Below, piece after piece: positions 26,148-41,556 of a DNA stretch of 64,000 bases. Position numbers and translations under genes: made by a program. Position 1 is the first letter of the stretch. Every line of letters starts with the position of its first letter. Source of the DNA: Eledone cirrhosa (lineage: Eukaryota); contig OZ024745.1 of the NCBI GenBank assembly GCA_964016885.1, positions 76,446,001 through 76,510,000 of the forward strand, written 5' to 3'. The notes beneath the pieces were generated by a model, which was not told the DNA's origin, ran no database searches, and saw only the letters and a program-made list of their open reading frames with translations.

Positions 26148-27312
26148 AAGTCAGAGTTAATAACTCATACTGAAACCCTGTAATTAACAAGCTCAAAGTA
26201 TAAATACTGAGCATTTAATATATGTAGTAAGAAACACAGTAAATCGTGTGTCTAATATTACGAGGGTTGATGAACCACATTTGTTTGAAATATTTAACTA
26301 TGAAGCAGACAGAATGATAAAATAAAATAAAATTATATTATACAAACCGCCTCAATAACAATTATATCTCTCGGACAGATTAGGGATTAATCTGTTTCGC
26401 TCTGAGTGTGTTTGTAACAGATAATCCACGGGCATCAACAGCGAGAGAATCTGATTAAATGCGACAAACACCTAATACTAACGTTCATACTGAAAAATGA
26501 ATTCATTACCTCGTGTGCCGTAAGTCAAAAGTGGTGTGAGTGTATTGGTTAGAAATAACAGTCCAACACACGCAACTTAATAAGCTCACCTCTTGAGGGA
26601 GCCGAAATATAAATGAAAGTTAGAGTTAATAACTCATACTGAAACCCGATTTACTGTGTTTCTTACTACATATATTATTATAATTGTTTCTACTTTAGAC
26701 ACAAGGCCAGCAATTACCCAGTACATTACTGGTACTTTATTTTATCGACCCCGTAAGGATGAAAGGCAAAGTTAACCTCGGCGGGATTTGAACTCAGACT
26801 GTAAAGGGACGTAACTATGCTAGAAAGCATGTCGTCCAACCCTCTACCGATACTGCCAATCCACCGCCCATATATTATTATAATGCTCAGTATTTATACT
26901 TTGAGCTTGTGAATTACAGGGTTTCATTTATATTTCGGCTCCCTCAAGAGGTGAGCTTATTAAGTTGCGCGTGTTGGACTGTTATTTCTAACCAATACAC
27001 TCACACCACTTTTGACTTACGGCACACGAGGTGATGAATACATTTTTCTGGGTACTTGGTGTTTGTCGCATTTAATCAGATTCTCTCGCTGTTGATGCCC
27101 GTGGATTATCTGTTACAAACACACTCAGAGCGAAACAGATTAATCCCTAATCTGTCCGAGAGATATAATTGTTATTGAAGCGGTTTGTATAATATAATTT
27201 TATTTTATTTTATCATTCTGTCTGCTTCATAGTTAAATATTTCAAACAAATGTGGTTCATCAACCCTCGTAATATTAGACACATGATTTACTGTGTTTCT
27301 TACTACATATAT
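26148..27312. repeat. ~470-bp unit in partial-tandem plus inverted arrangement (PLE pseudo-LTR-like)
   Basis: 26148-26647 is reverse-complemented and circularly permuted in 26648-27312, interrupted by a SINE. Confidence 0.8.
26680..26868 (-). mobile_element. tRNA-derived SINE nested in the inverted repeat
   Basis: Family sequence; ATATTATTATAAT on both sides (probable TSD). Confidence 0.88.
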
Positions 27313-27349
27313 TATTATTATATATATATATACATACATACATACATAC

Positions 27350-27466
<117 letters not shown>

Positions 27467-27475
27467 CATACATAG

Positions 27476-27533
<58 letters not shown>

Positions 27534-27562
27534 GTATATATATATATATATATATAACTATG

Positions 27563-27613
<51 letters not shown>

Positions 27614-27636
27614 CTATGTATATATATATATATATG

Positions 27637-27724
<88 letters not shown>

Positions 27725-27761
27725 GATACATATATATACATATACATACATATATATACAT

Positions 27762-27818
<57 letters not shown>

Positions 27819-27819
27819 C

Positions 27820-28083
27820 AATGATATTAAATAAATGGAAACTATATTTATAAAACCATATTTATTTTATTATATATATTTCAAGGGTATCAAGACACAT
27901 TGGTACGCTTTCATCAGATAAAATACAAAGTTTGTTTTATAAATAGAGACATACCCATGAAAATCATACATTATCGGTTGGATATTCACTGGATAGTGGA
28001 AATATATTAGGGATATTTCAAACTTGTGTGAATATGCAAATGAATATGTAAATAATTGAAAAACAACCGTTTATTTAAACGAC

Positions 28084-28147
<64 letters not shown>

Positions 28148-29240
28148 GAGAGAGAGAGAGAGAAGAGATGAGAGGAGAAGGTTAAAATAGTGCGAGAGAG
28201 AGAAGAAGGAAACAAGAGAAAATGAATAAAACCTCATATAACGTTAATTTGAGGGAAATATATTCTAAGTATATATCTTAATAGTACGTGTATTTACGGT
28301 TATTAGTTGTTTAAAATTTGTTTATAATATATTTTTCTTCTGTTATAAGTAGATAAATAAATAAATACATAAATAAATAAATAAATAAATAGATGGGTAT
28401 ATCATGTTATAGATAATTGTTCTAATGAGTTATGAGGGATATTTGTTTTGTATTTAATGTAAATATATATTAAGTTAAATTAAATTAAATTAACTGAGTT
28501 AATAAGAATATTTATATTTATATGATTTAAAATGGGAAGATACGGAAAAAAATCCGGTTTAATTTATTTATTCTTTAGTGTGAAACTATTTAGTCAAAAT
28601 AAGTATAGATGTTGGAAGATACATTTAGCCAGAATCAGTTAGTGGTTATAAATTTATTGAAAAATATTAAAAAATTATTGATAAAGTATTGAAAAAATAT
28701 TGAAAAAGTATTGAAAAAATATTGAAAGATTTGAGAAAATTAAAAAAAAAAAATTTGTAAGAGATAAGTAATTTTTAAAGAAATAAAAATTAAAGAAACA
28801 AAAATAAAGAAATAAAAATTATTAAAGTTAAAATTTAAATTAAAAAAAAAGATTAGAATTATATACGTATATATTTTATGAAAGTTTAAGAAGTGGAATT
28901 AAGCAAATGTTATAGATATTATGATTTAGAGATATCAATATATTAAAACCAAGTGGATGAGATTGTTATGGAAATAAGTAGAAATATTATAAGTATAATT
29001 ATAAGTTATATATAGTTCTGAATGTTGAATTCTGGCGATGTCAACAAGAATTAAATAAATTCGTTCTTAGATTAATAGAGTTTTTACATTTAAGTATGTA
29101 AAAAAATTCCTCAATACACAATTTGCAGAATCTAGATAAAGCTGTGTTTCGGTTCGCGGGTGCTTTTGAAACTGTTTCTCAAGCTAATGAATAGTCCATA
29201 TTCTTGCATTTTAAGTTCCATATCAAGTTTGAAAGAGTGG
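27820..29240 (-). mobile_element. 3' fragment of a Naiad-like PLE (C-terminus, 3' UTR, hammerhead)
   Basis: Minus strand 29235-29010 reads [38 protein letters not shown], aligning to the C-terminus of ORF 49533. Confidence 0.78.
27863..27925 (-). ncRNA. Minimal type I hammerhead ribozyme
   Basis: tattttat CTGATGA aagc-gtaccaa-tgtgtc-ttgatac-cctt GAAA tatata TA ataaaata; 8-bp stem I. Confidence 0.85.
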
Positions 29241-29244
29241 TTAA

Positions 29245-29320
29245 TTATATATATATACATATATATACATATATATATATACATATATACATATATATAT
29301 ACATATATATATACATATAC

Positions 29321-29355
<35 letters not shown>

Positions 29356-29480
29356 CATATATATATACATATATATATACATATATATACATATATATAC
29401 ATATATAAACATATACATACATATATATATATATGCATATATATATACATATATATATATATACATATATATATATATGC

Positions 29481-29543
<63 letters not shown>

Positions 29544-29560
29544 CATATATATATATATGC

Positions 29561-29635
<75 letters not shown>

Positions 29636-29739
29636 CATGTATATACATATATACATATATACATACATACATGTATATACATATATACACATATATACAT
29701 ATATATATATAAGTATGAAATTTCGTTTCATTTTTTCCG

Positions 29740-29781
<42 letters not shown>

Positions 29782-29798
29782 TACATACATACATATAT

Positions 29799-29843
<45 letters not shown>

Positions 29844-29998
29844 CATATGAATATATACATATATATATATACATATATATATATATACATATATATATAT
29901 ACATATATATATATACATATATATATACATATATATATATACACATATATATATATACATATATATATATACATATATATATACATATATATATATAC

Positions 29999-30030
<32 letters not shown>

Positions 30031-30286
30031 TTATGTACATATATATATATACATATATATACATATATATACACATATACACATATATACATATATATAC
30101 ACATATACACATATATACATATATACACATATATACATATACACATATACACATATACACACATATACACATATACACACATATATATACATACATATAT
30201 ATATACATATATATACATATATACATACATATATACATATATATATATATGTATATATATATACATATATATGCATATATATATGT

Positions 30287-30317
<31 letters not shown>

Positions 30318-30436
30318 CATATATATATGTATATATATGTATATATATATATACATATACATATACATATATATATACATATATACATATAAATATATAT
30401 ATACATATATACATATATATATATATACATATATAC

Positions 30437-30467
<31 letters not shown>

Positions 30468-30476
30468 CATATATAC

Positions 30477-30513
<37 letters not shown>

Positions 30514-30650
30514 CATATATACATATATATATATATACATATATATACATATATATATATACATATATACATATATACATACATACATATATACATATAT
30601 ATATACATATATATATACATATATATATACATATATATATATATATGTAC

Positions 30651-30681
<31 letters not shown>

Positions 30682-30778
30682 TATACATATATACATATAT
30701 ATACATATATTTATACATATATATACATACACATACATACATATATTTATACATATACATACATATACACATATATAC

Positions 30779-30809
<31 letters not shown>

Positions 30810-30916
30810 CATACATATACATATATATATACATACATATATATATACATACATATATATATATACGTACATATGTATATACATATATATATATAAATAT
30901 ATATATCTATATATAC

Positions 30917-30951
<35 letters not shown>

Positions 30952-31139
30952 CATATATAAATATATATATCTATATATACACATATATATATATACATAT
31001 ATATATATACATATATATAAATACACACATATATATATATACAGGAAACAGTATGACCCACTCTATTACCCTAAGTATTGAGTACTCTGGTGCGTTATGG
31101 TCTATCTGGTTCCTTATCACAATTCCTATAAACACACAC

Positions 31140-31186
<47 letters not shown>

Positions 31187-31223
31187 TATATATATACATA
31201 TATATATATACATATATATATAC

Positions 31224-31276
<53 letters not shown>

Positions 31277-31291
31277 CATATATATATATAC

Positions 31292-31356
<65 letters not shown>

Positions 31357-31460
31357 CATATATATACATATATATATATACATATATATATATACATATA
31401 TATATACATATATATATACATATATATATATACATATATATATATACATATATATATATA
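29245..31460. repeat. (TA)n/(TACA)n tract; contains a family F fragment at 31042-31128
   Basis: Direct reading. Confidence 0.95.
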
Positions 31461-31464
31461 CAAA

Positions 31465-32103
<639 letters not shown>

Positions 32104-32389
32104 TGTATCTACATCAGTCGAAAGTATATTCGTAGAAAAACAGAAATATATCGATATTTAATGACGATTATGTTTTAAACATAGCATTCACATTTTTAAA
32201 TGTAAAGAACAAAATATTTAACATTTATTTTCAGGTTGTCTGTTTGTTTGTAAGAAAAATATATAAATAGAATTACACTGAAAGACAATCTCAGTAGGTG
32301 TTAATATATATATATATATATATAAACTTATACACACACAAGATAAGCTGTGAATATGAGTAAGATTGAGTAGGATTGCCACTAATATA

Positions 32390-33350
32390 TCTGTGTCTTC
32401 CCAATGCTGCATTTTTACGATTATTGTCTCTGATCATCGACATACATGGTCGTCTTCTACTCAATATGGCGCTGAGAGCGGCATTTCAGAGGAACCAGCC
32501 TTCGCTCTGGCAGCATGGAAGTGGGTGCAGACGTAATTCATCGACAACAGCCCAACAACGGCAATTGTGTGGCTCACACTCAGGGAGGCTGGGTACACTC
32601 GTCATCAAGAAAGGTACAGATTGATGAAGAGGGCACCATATTGAGCCACATACCACTGTTTTGGCTGCACAGCGGATCGAAGGCAGACGAAGTGGTGTTT
32701 GTCAAAGCCAGACTCAATCTGCTTGAAGGTAGACCTGCACTTAATGTCCCAGCTACGTTGGACATTTTTTGCTGGGGTACAGAGAGGCCTTTGCAGGTCC
32801 AGACGGCCAAAACCTGTTCCAGTTCTAGGGCCACGTCAGATTATGCCTCTTGCTGAGGACCTCACTGATAAGGGTGCAACTGGAGCAGATTGACGAGAGG
32901 TAGGCCGGCACTGCCAGACCCGATGCAGATCCGAGGCTGAGGCCACAGAACCTGACTAGGTGATTCGACTATAGGAAGCAATCAAAACTAACATTTCAGA
33001 TGAGTTCTGGACAGCGTAGGATGGTGGTATCGAGTTCACTGAAGTGACCTGAGGGAGAGTGACAAGGCTCACTGCGCAGCGTGAACAAGAATTTGGGAAG
33101 GAATTTGGGTGCGCGCCAAGAAACGCAATCTCTCTGCCATTCTCGAAATATCTGCGTGCTTGGTCTCAAGGCACTGTCCTATGGCTTTCGAGAGAATTGG
33201 AGATTTGAGAATGCATGTGGCATCTTTGGGCGTGAGCCGAACACCGGATAAGACGGGATCGATGCCGAGTACGGCATCGTGGAATTCAGCCTCACCATAG
33301 CTATCGTTTATCACCTCGGACTTGAATGGGTTCATTTTGAGTCCGAGGAG
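32390..33350 (-). mobile_element. Decayed CRE-like non-LTR fragment
   Basis: NPFKSEVI..ILKSPI..MAERL and SGMWLNMVPSSSICTFLDD motifs. Confidence 0.65.
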
Positions 33351-34255
33351 TTTTAGAGGTCTTTAATTGTGTCACATTTATCTTACTATTTCAATAGCCT
33401 TCAAATGGCAAATAAAATGGAAATATGAGAACATCTGCCAACTGAAGACGAACATTGTCTCTGCTCAAATTCAATAATCTTGGCAGCAGTGATACTAGTG
33501 ATGCTTGTCTTGATAAGACAAGTGAATACCAAAACATACGCATCAGTTCAAAACGCAGTTAGTATCAGCTTATCTTTATTTTATTTCACATTAGTGCCCC
33601 TAGCTAACTCTGATTCCTAACATTTCATGAATGATAAAAATGTACAGGCGGTTATTTTATATCGCGATAGTAGATCGTTTTCTTTGTGTTTACATTCCCG
33701 AACTGAAATTATATGACTGCAGGTAACAAAGCTAGTATAGGGAAGAATACTAATGAAAGCGCACTCGAGGAGATAGGGAACTATAACTACAATTCTGAAG
33801 TAATAAAAAAGAAGGATGAAGATAAAAAGAAGATAAAAAATAAGAAAACTGAATATGCTGACACAGGTGTTTTTTTGTTAAACTTAAGGCAATGTACAAG
33901 ATATTTTAATGTAGTTTTTTGCAAACACACTGATTAACAAGCGCATACTTACTCCCAGTCATATTGAGAAAGGTGAATGTGGCATGACCCCTTCATGCTC
34001 AGCTCCACCACAGACCCCATGTAGCCATTCTTACTATCACTATACCGTCTTTAAATCCAGGATCAAACTCACTTCTCATTCTCCACCACATCACTCTGTT
34101 AAATTCTGCCATACCAGCCAGAGCTCCCCAATATCTCTTATATATATACATATGGAGAGTCGATCGATTTTCGTCAAATCGGACCGAGGGAACAATGTTT
34201 CCGTTGGTCTTTCCAATTGCTAATACTATCTATCGGTCGCAACTCCAGGTAGAAG

Positions 34256-34373
34256 GAGCAACGTGAAATAAAGTGTCTTGCTCAAGGACATAACGCATCG
34301 CCTGGTCCAGGATTCGAACTCACAACCTTACGATTGCGAATCCAATTCTCTAACCACTCAGCTACACGCCTTC
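34256..34373 (-). mobile_element. tRNA-derived SINE head with CORE/V-like domain
   Basis: Minus strand: TAGCTGAGTGG (A box), GAGTTCGAATCC (B box), TGTCCTTGAGCAAGACACTT. Confidence 0.75.
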
Positions 34374-34445
34374 ACTATATATACATATATATATATATAT
34401 AAATATATATATAAATATATATACATATATACATATATATATATA

Positions 34446-34880
34446 GCTCTGTGTCTAGTACAGGTAATCGATGGTTGGGGTGTTTGCTTGGGTAGTCTAT
34501 AGTAACTCTAATACTCTGGTGGATGGAGTTAGCTATTTGCTGGATGCTTTCCATGGTGTTTTTCTCTAACTCCTGACTGTTCTCTAGTGGGGGTGTTTTT
34601 ACTACGATGTTTATATCATCAACGTAGCGGGAGTACATTATCAGGGTTAAGGGGTTGTTGTCTTCTAATTGTTCTTTAAGTTTAAGTTTAAGTCTATTGT
34701 CCCACCATACCATGAATAGGTTAGCTATGTCATCTGCAATGCTAACACCAATGGCTGCTCCCTCCTCTTGGGCATATGTTTTTCCCTTAAATTTGAACAT
34801 ATGTTCCTTAAGGGTTAATTTTATGCTGGCCCCCACCGCATGTGCAATCATTTTCTTTAGTTCATCGTGGAACTCCAACC
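34446..34880 (-). pseudogene. PLE reverse transcriptase fragment, inverted relative to the adjacent 3' UTR
   Basis: FKFKGKTYAQEEGAAIG..IANLFM..YSRYVDD..LPVLD. Confidence 0.85.
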
Positions 34881-35130
34881 AAAATTAAATTGAAAACATG
34901 AATGGAACAGCAACGTCACAACTTACAATTAAGGACAAAATGAAAACACACACGCACATAGAACAAACAACCAACCAGTAACATGTAAATAAACAAATAA
35001 ATAAACAAATATAAACACACACAGACACCCGGATGTAACAAATTCGCAAACTAAGCACACAACACACACAAAAACAAGATGGCGTAGGACAGAACAAAGG
35101 AGAGGCACAAATCAAAGAAAAGAATCCCCA

Positions 35131-35173
35131 GTCACTGAAGAGGTCACAGAATGTGTGACGAAAGAACTTTGAC
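35131..35173 (+). ncRNA. Minimal type I hammerhead ribozyme
   Basis: gtca CTGAAGA g-gtcaca-gaatg-tgtgac GAAA gaac TT tgac. Confidence 0.8.
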
Positions 35174-35212
35174 AATATATAAACAACCATCCGGTTGTGG
35201 AACCAACCAATC

Positions 35213-35672
35213 GACCGGAAATTTATAAATTCCTCAATTTATAAATTTATTATAATAAATTGAAGTGAAAGCAACTGGTGCGTGTATTTCTTATTGGCAA
35301 CATCACCCTCCTAAAGTATAACAATATCGGTTTCAACACACGTTTTCAGATAAAGAATCTAGCTAAACAAATTCAGAAACGAAATATATATATATATAAA
35401 TATATGTATATATATATATATATAAATATATGTATATATATATATATAAATATATGTATATATATATAAATATATGTATATATATATATATATAAATATA
35501 TGTATATATAAATATATAAATATATGTATATATATATATATATATATAAATATATGTATATATAAATATATGTATATATATATATATATATATAAATATA
35601 TGTATATATATATATATAAATATATGTATATATATATATATAATTATATGTATATATATATATAAATATATG

Positions 35673-35738
<66 letters not shown>

Positions 35739-35945
35739 AATATATGTATAGATATATATATATATAAATATCCAACCGGAAATTTATAAATTCCTAAATT
35801 TATAAATTTATTATAATAAATTGAAGTGAAAGTAACTGGTGCGTGTGTTTCTTATTGGCAACATGACCCTCCCAAAGTATAACAATATCGGTTTCAACAC
35901 ACGTTTTCAGATAAAGAATCTTGCTAAACAAATTCAGAAAGGAAA
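35213..35945 (+). repeat. ~170-bp PLE 3' terminus duplicated across a TA tract (35213-35385 / 35775-35945)
   Basis: Near-identical direct copies; similar to the reverse complement of 16621-16695. Confidence 0.8.
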
Positions 35946-35979
35946 TATATATATATAAATATATACACACATATATATA

Positions 35980-38977
35980 AATAGAATACAAAAAGGGTTT
36001 TATTTACAGTATTAACAATTGTTTCATTGATTAGGGTGTCTAAAGATTGCTAGTCACTTGAAGTTGTGTCACTCAATCTTAAATACAATTCCCGGGAACT
36101 CACCACCTAACTAAGGAAACCTCTTGTCGAGTCAAACAATGCCGTACGTTAAAACTATCCACAATACGGAGTACTCACAACTTCTAACTGGATTACCTAT
36201 AACGATAATTTGTTATCCCATATACCCAGCTCCCACTAGGTTGAGCAACAACCTTAACGCACGGCACTAACATGGAAAGACACCACATAGGCATGTCCTT
36301 AAAAAACATACCTATACCTGCAAATAGGGAATATACACTCGGTATTATACAACGTTCTAATGACTTCATCCGTCGAATCCAATGGAAGGCATTTCATTAC
36401 GATAAAGGACATACTAATAATAAAAATGAGGAATTTACTAGTGAAAAATACGGGTTCAAATCCTGCAAAAATCCACCGAATAACCCCCAGCTTGATGCCT
36501 TCGAAATCGACCCCATGAACATGATAAACCGAACCAAATTAGAAAAACGGACCGGTTACAACAAACTGCAAAATAACATCAATGCACTACTAAAAGAACT
36601 ACGTAACACCAATGGTTTTATAGTAAAAGCGGACAAAACATCAAACGTATATACCATGAGCCTTAATACATACAATACGCCGTGAATTACACAAAAAATA
36701 CAGGAAAATTACTGAATCTGCACTCACTAGCATTAATAAGGAAGGACTTAACATAGTAAAACAACTGAAAATATCTGATAAAACCGAGCCTCTGAACCCT
36801 TGTAAACTCACATTTAATCTGAAAGATCATAAAAATAACTTCGAAACTGACCCTACTATTAGATTAATATGCCCATCGAAATCGGATATAGGTAGAATTA
36901 GCAAGTATATACTAGATAGAATAATAGCACACATTAAAGACAAACTAATAATTAAGCTATGGAGTAACACTAACGAAGCAATAGATTGGTTTAGCAAAAT
37001 AGACAATAAGGAAACATCCGACTTCATACAGTTTGACATCAATGACTACCACTCCTCCATTTCCCCACTCACCCTAAATAAGGCACTAACGTTTGTACAG
37101 AACAACTCGGACCTATCCTCTGATGAAATTAGAATAATAATAGCTGCTAGGAGAACTATCATTAGATTCGATAATAGTTACTGGGAAAGAAACAGATAGA
37201 ATAGCTTCGATATCACTATGGGATCTAGCGACTCAGCTAAAGTAACAGACATAGTTGGAATATATATAGCGCATAACTTACATAAGGAATTTAATAACTT
37301 CCAAGGAGGAATTTATAGAGACGATACACTCCTTTTAGCTAAAAACTTAAATAATCAAAACTTGGAAAGATTACGTAAACACATTAGAATCTTCTTCAAT
37401 ATACTAGGCCTAGGCATCACTTTCGAACTTACTTCTAAAAAAGCTAACTTCTTAGATGTAACACTCAATCTAAACACAGGACTAATAGAGCCCTTCCATA
37501 AAAATAACGAAAATCTAGCATACATTAGTTATAACTCAAACCACCCTCGCTCCATAATTAACTCCATAGCACAGTGTATCCCTCAGAATTTCACGCTTCT
37601 AACCTAGAGATTTTTAATGAACACGCGAACTACTATAACATAGCTTTTCTTAAGGCAGGACACAAGGAGAGGCTCAAATACCTACCAGATACAGACAACA
37701 ACAACAACACCCACACCTATAGAAATAGCAAATATAGGACTAAACATAGAAATAGACAACGAGCACCAGAAATAACTGAACCGAATACTAATATAAAGAC
37801 CCCTAGGAACTATAGAAAATCCAGAGATAAGAAATACTTATGGTTCAATCCAATATTTAACTCCTCTATAAAAACCAAACTACCTTCTACATTCTTTAAA
37901 CTAATTGACAAGCACTTCCCTAAACTTCACAAATACCATAAAATCTTTAACAGAAAAACTGTCAAACTATCTTGCTCTACTGCAGCCGACATAGAATCAC
38001 ACTCACATAAAATTAACTATAGAAGAATCTCTAATGAAAATAACCTACAAACAAACACCATAACACCAAATACAAAACACAAACACATAACAACATCACA
38101 ACCACACACACGTCAGAACGCATCACAATAAAACATCAACAAACCCAAATCTCAGCCCATACATAACAACATACAAAACCGCAACGGAGAACCTGCACAC
38201 AGGAAGACCTCCAAATGTAACTGTCGCTTACCGGATAAGTGCCCACTAAAAGATAGTTTCCTGGAATAAAATATAGTCTACCTGTGTACTATAAATTCGG
38301 GCAACTTAGCATGGCACTACATAGGTTCTACGGCTGGGGAGTTTAAAAAAAGATGGTATGTCCACAGACATTCCATAAAGAACCGTAGACTAGTGAACAT
38401 AACAACGCTGGCCAATAAAATCTGGTAGCTTAAGGATACAAACCAAAAATACAGGATTAGCTGGTCGAAATTATCGGGAGCAAAGGCCTACAGCCACTGC
38501 GGACTTTGCAATATGGAGTTGTTCCATATTTTAAAGTATGACAAAATGCTGCTTAACAGCAAAATAGAACGATCATTTTTCTGTAGGCACAAAGCAGCTA
38601 CTAAATTCGCAAATTTCAAACCAACATGATTCGATCCAGCAATCCCATAATTCAAGCTGAACCACTTAGAGTCTATTATAATAACCCATTATTCTTAACT
38701 GCCAATAGACCAACTAATCACTACATCAATATCATAATCTCCTAACCTTTCTTTCTCTCACTCTCTATCCCTAAAATTATTTCACCTCTTCCATTATTCT
38801 TCACTCTTCCACTATTATTACACCAAGATTAACCTGCATAGGAATTCCCGGGAACTCGCCACCTAACTAAGGAAACCTCTTGTTGAGTCAAACAACGCCG
38901 TATGTTAAAACTATCTACAATACAGAGTACTCACAACCTCTAACTGGATTACCTACAACGATAATTTATTATCCCAT
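35980..38977 (+). mobile_element. Near full-length Naiad-like PLE with direct pseudo-LTRs (36087-36221 / 38843-38977)
   Basis: Disrupted ORF 36272-38629: SLKNIP, KADKT, LKDHK, QFDI, MGSSDS, GIYRDD, CNC..CPL, IVY..YIGST, CGLC, CRHK; 135-bp direct repeats. Confidence 0.9.
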
Positions 38978-39005
38978 ATATAAATATATATATATATAAA
39001 TATAT

Positions 39006-39062
<57 letters not shown>

Positions 39063-39074
39063 TGCATAAATATA

Positions 39075-39800
39075 CATACATTGGAAATGCACTATCGGAA
39101 CGTGCACGGGTGCACCGACAGCAAATCAGAGACCCAAATGTCCGTCAGATACTCCTGAGTAACCATCTAGCAACATGTGGTCAGAAAATATTTATAATAT
39201 TTCCATTCTACAAACTACACAGCCCAAGTGAAATAAAGAGAAAAATTAAAGAAAAGAATTTTATTGATAAATTCCAACCGAAGCTAAATGAACAATAGTA
39301 ATGCTTAGGGATATTACTTCTACTATGACTACGCCTACGACCACGTCGGCTACCACCACTAACAACAACAACAACAATAATAATAATAAAAGTGATGTTG
39401 ATGTTGATGATTACTGAAGATCTTTTATAAAAACCCTAGAAAAATGTTTTTTTTCATCATTTCTAAAAATAGCAAAACAATTGATGCTTTGGTAATCTAG
39501 TAATCTAGTGAAACCACACACCGATTGGTCGAAATACAGTTTACAAAACTTAACATTCTGTAGCCCCTTTTTACTGTATATAAGGCACAGTTTTTAGCCA
39601 TCTCATTACAGTTGAAAATTGCAAACTTGACTGTCACCACTGAATATGAACCTGAAGATTGCGAAAGCATGAAAGTACTTGTTCAATTAACATTTAACAT
39701 TTAATATTCTACCATACTATTTCATTATAATATCATTATAATTTTAAAGGATTGTAAATAAAACGAGTAAATCAGACAAAGTTGGAATTCCTTTTATTAA
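39075..39800 (+). mobile_element. PLE 3' fragment (GIY-YIG end, 3' UTR, hammerhead)
   Basis: LSERARVHRQQI..HLATC..KEKNFIDKFQPKLN; TA flanks. Confidence 0.8.
39647..39685 (+). ncRNA. Minimal type I hammerhead ribozyme
   Basis: tgaac CTGAAGA t-tgc-gaaa-gca-t GAAA gtac TT gttca; palindrome AAGTACTT. Confidence 0.88.
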
Positions 39801-40335
39801 TATATACATATATATATATACATATATATATACATACATACATAAATATACATACACACATAAATATACATACACACATACACACACAACCCCCCACTCC
39901 ACCCACACACACACGTATAAATACATATAAATTATGTAGATACATTTATAATCTGAAATAGTGATTTATGTTTTTACAATAGAATAATCCGAGAATAGAT
40001 AGAATACTTGGAAAAATAACGATTCTATCGTTTCATTCTCGAATACAAATATAGAATCTGTAATGAAAGAATACTAACAATCTCCTATCAATATTCGATA
40101 TGAGATGAAGCTTCAAGAACAATCCATAACTGCTTAGAATTTAGGGCTGCCAATTTCAGTATTTAATGAAAAAGAATAATTTCCTCTTTTGAATAATCAA
40201 TCATATACAATTATTGTTCATAATAAATATAGATATGGGTATTGGAAATAAACAGAGATATACGTGTATTGATGTAAATAGATTTACAGATAATGAAAAC
40301 AAATTAATACACAAATACTGAGAAAGAAAAACTAA

Positions 40336-40415
<80 letters not shown>

Positions 40416-40449
40416 CACAGGTATGTATCAGTGTATGTATGTATGTATA

Positions 40450-40550
40450 CAAGGTGTCACCCCAAAATGTATACATACTTTGATTACCTGTACAGGCAAT
40501 ATTTATTAGAATGCTGTTGAAGTGTGTATACATTTTTGGGGGACACTCTG
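40450..40550. mobile_element. Tc1/mariner-type MITE
   Basis: ~30-bp imperfect TIRs CAAGGTGTCACCCCAAAATGTATACA / TGTATACATTTTTGGGGGACACTCTG with TA on both sides. Confidence 0.8.
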
Positions 40551-40629
40551 TATATATATATATATGTATATAAATGTATATATATATATGTGTGTGTGTG
40601 AGTGTATGTATATGTATATATATACACAC

Positions 40630-40671
<42 letters not shown>

Positions 40672-41528
40672 GTATGTAAAAGGTAAACAGAAATAACAAC
40701 ACAATCGGTACAATATATGGAAGGTATATATTAGGTTAACGCTTAGCCAGAAGAAAGAGAAGAAAGAATGAGAAATAAAATAGATTAAGGGGGCGGGCGA
40801 GATGGAATTGGAAAAAATGTCTTTAGATAAAAATAATAGGTCCATTCATGTTGACATCTGTGCGTGTGTGTGTGTACACATAATGATAGGAATATAAATT
40901 GATAGAGCTTCCTGAAAAGACTAGCAAATTGTCATTTCTACAACATATACTACAAATATATTGATATATTAAAATGTATCAAAATGGAATTTTTATTTCA
41001 GTTATTTGGCCTATATTTTTGTAGTTCGAATCTTATTTTTCCTGTGTGTTAAGAGGAAGGGGACGTTTCTATAGCCTTCACAAACTCTGAAAAACAGGTG
41101 AGATTGAAGTCGTTAACGTTCCGTTTCAGCTGTTGACATAAACATAAGAAGGGAAGGGATTTCTGACAGCGTGGTAGTTTGTAAGCGGTTTGAGGAGTGG
41201 ACACAATATATGTAATAAGATAAAGAGAGATGGGAAAGTAGGGAGTACCTAAATGAGAGTCGATGAGACCAGCCAGTTCTGACGAACAAAGACGATTTTA
41301 GAAGCGGTAGGATACAGCTCATCTGTCCACTATTGACTGGAAGGTATTTGTGAGCGACATCACGCTAATCAGTTGAGTGGACTTTTTTTGGAGACTATCA
41401 ATAAGGTTTGTGTGCTACAGCAGCACTATAAGCACAAAATGTAGACACCATCCCGAGGCCGAGGTATTCCGTACTTCTCTGTACTGTTTCAGAAAGGAAG
41501 GATAAACATGCCAATCTATGTTTAGAAT

Positions 41529-41556
41529 CCCGAGCAACGCCGGGCCATTCTGCTAG
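41529..41556 (+). mobile_element. Helitron-like 3' terminus
   Basis: GC hairpin CCCGAGCAACGCCGGG followed by CTAG|T; 5' end not defined. Confidence 0.6.

Noticed and set aside
26262-26300. TTGATGA...GAAA hammerhead-like string
   Set aside because: C3 is missing, and stems I and II pair poorly in both copies
29010-29235. In-frame TGA codons in the PLE C-terminus as possible selenocysteine (reported for some Naiads)
   Set aside because: The TGAs align to Trp and to the variable residue of CxH, not to Cys; simple TGG/CGA decay explains them
34256-34373. tRNA gene
   Set aside because: The tRNA-like head runs into a SINE core domain and lacks an acceptor stem; same for the other SINE heads
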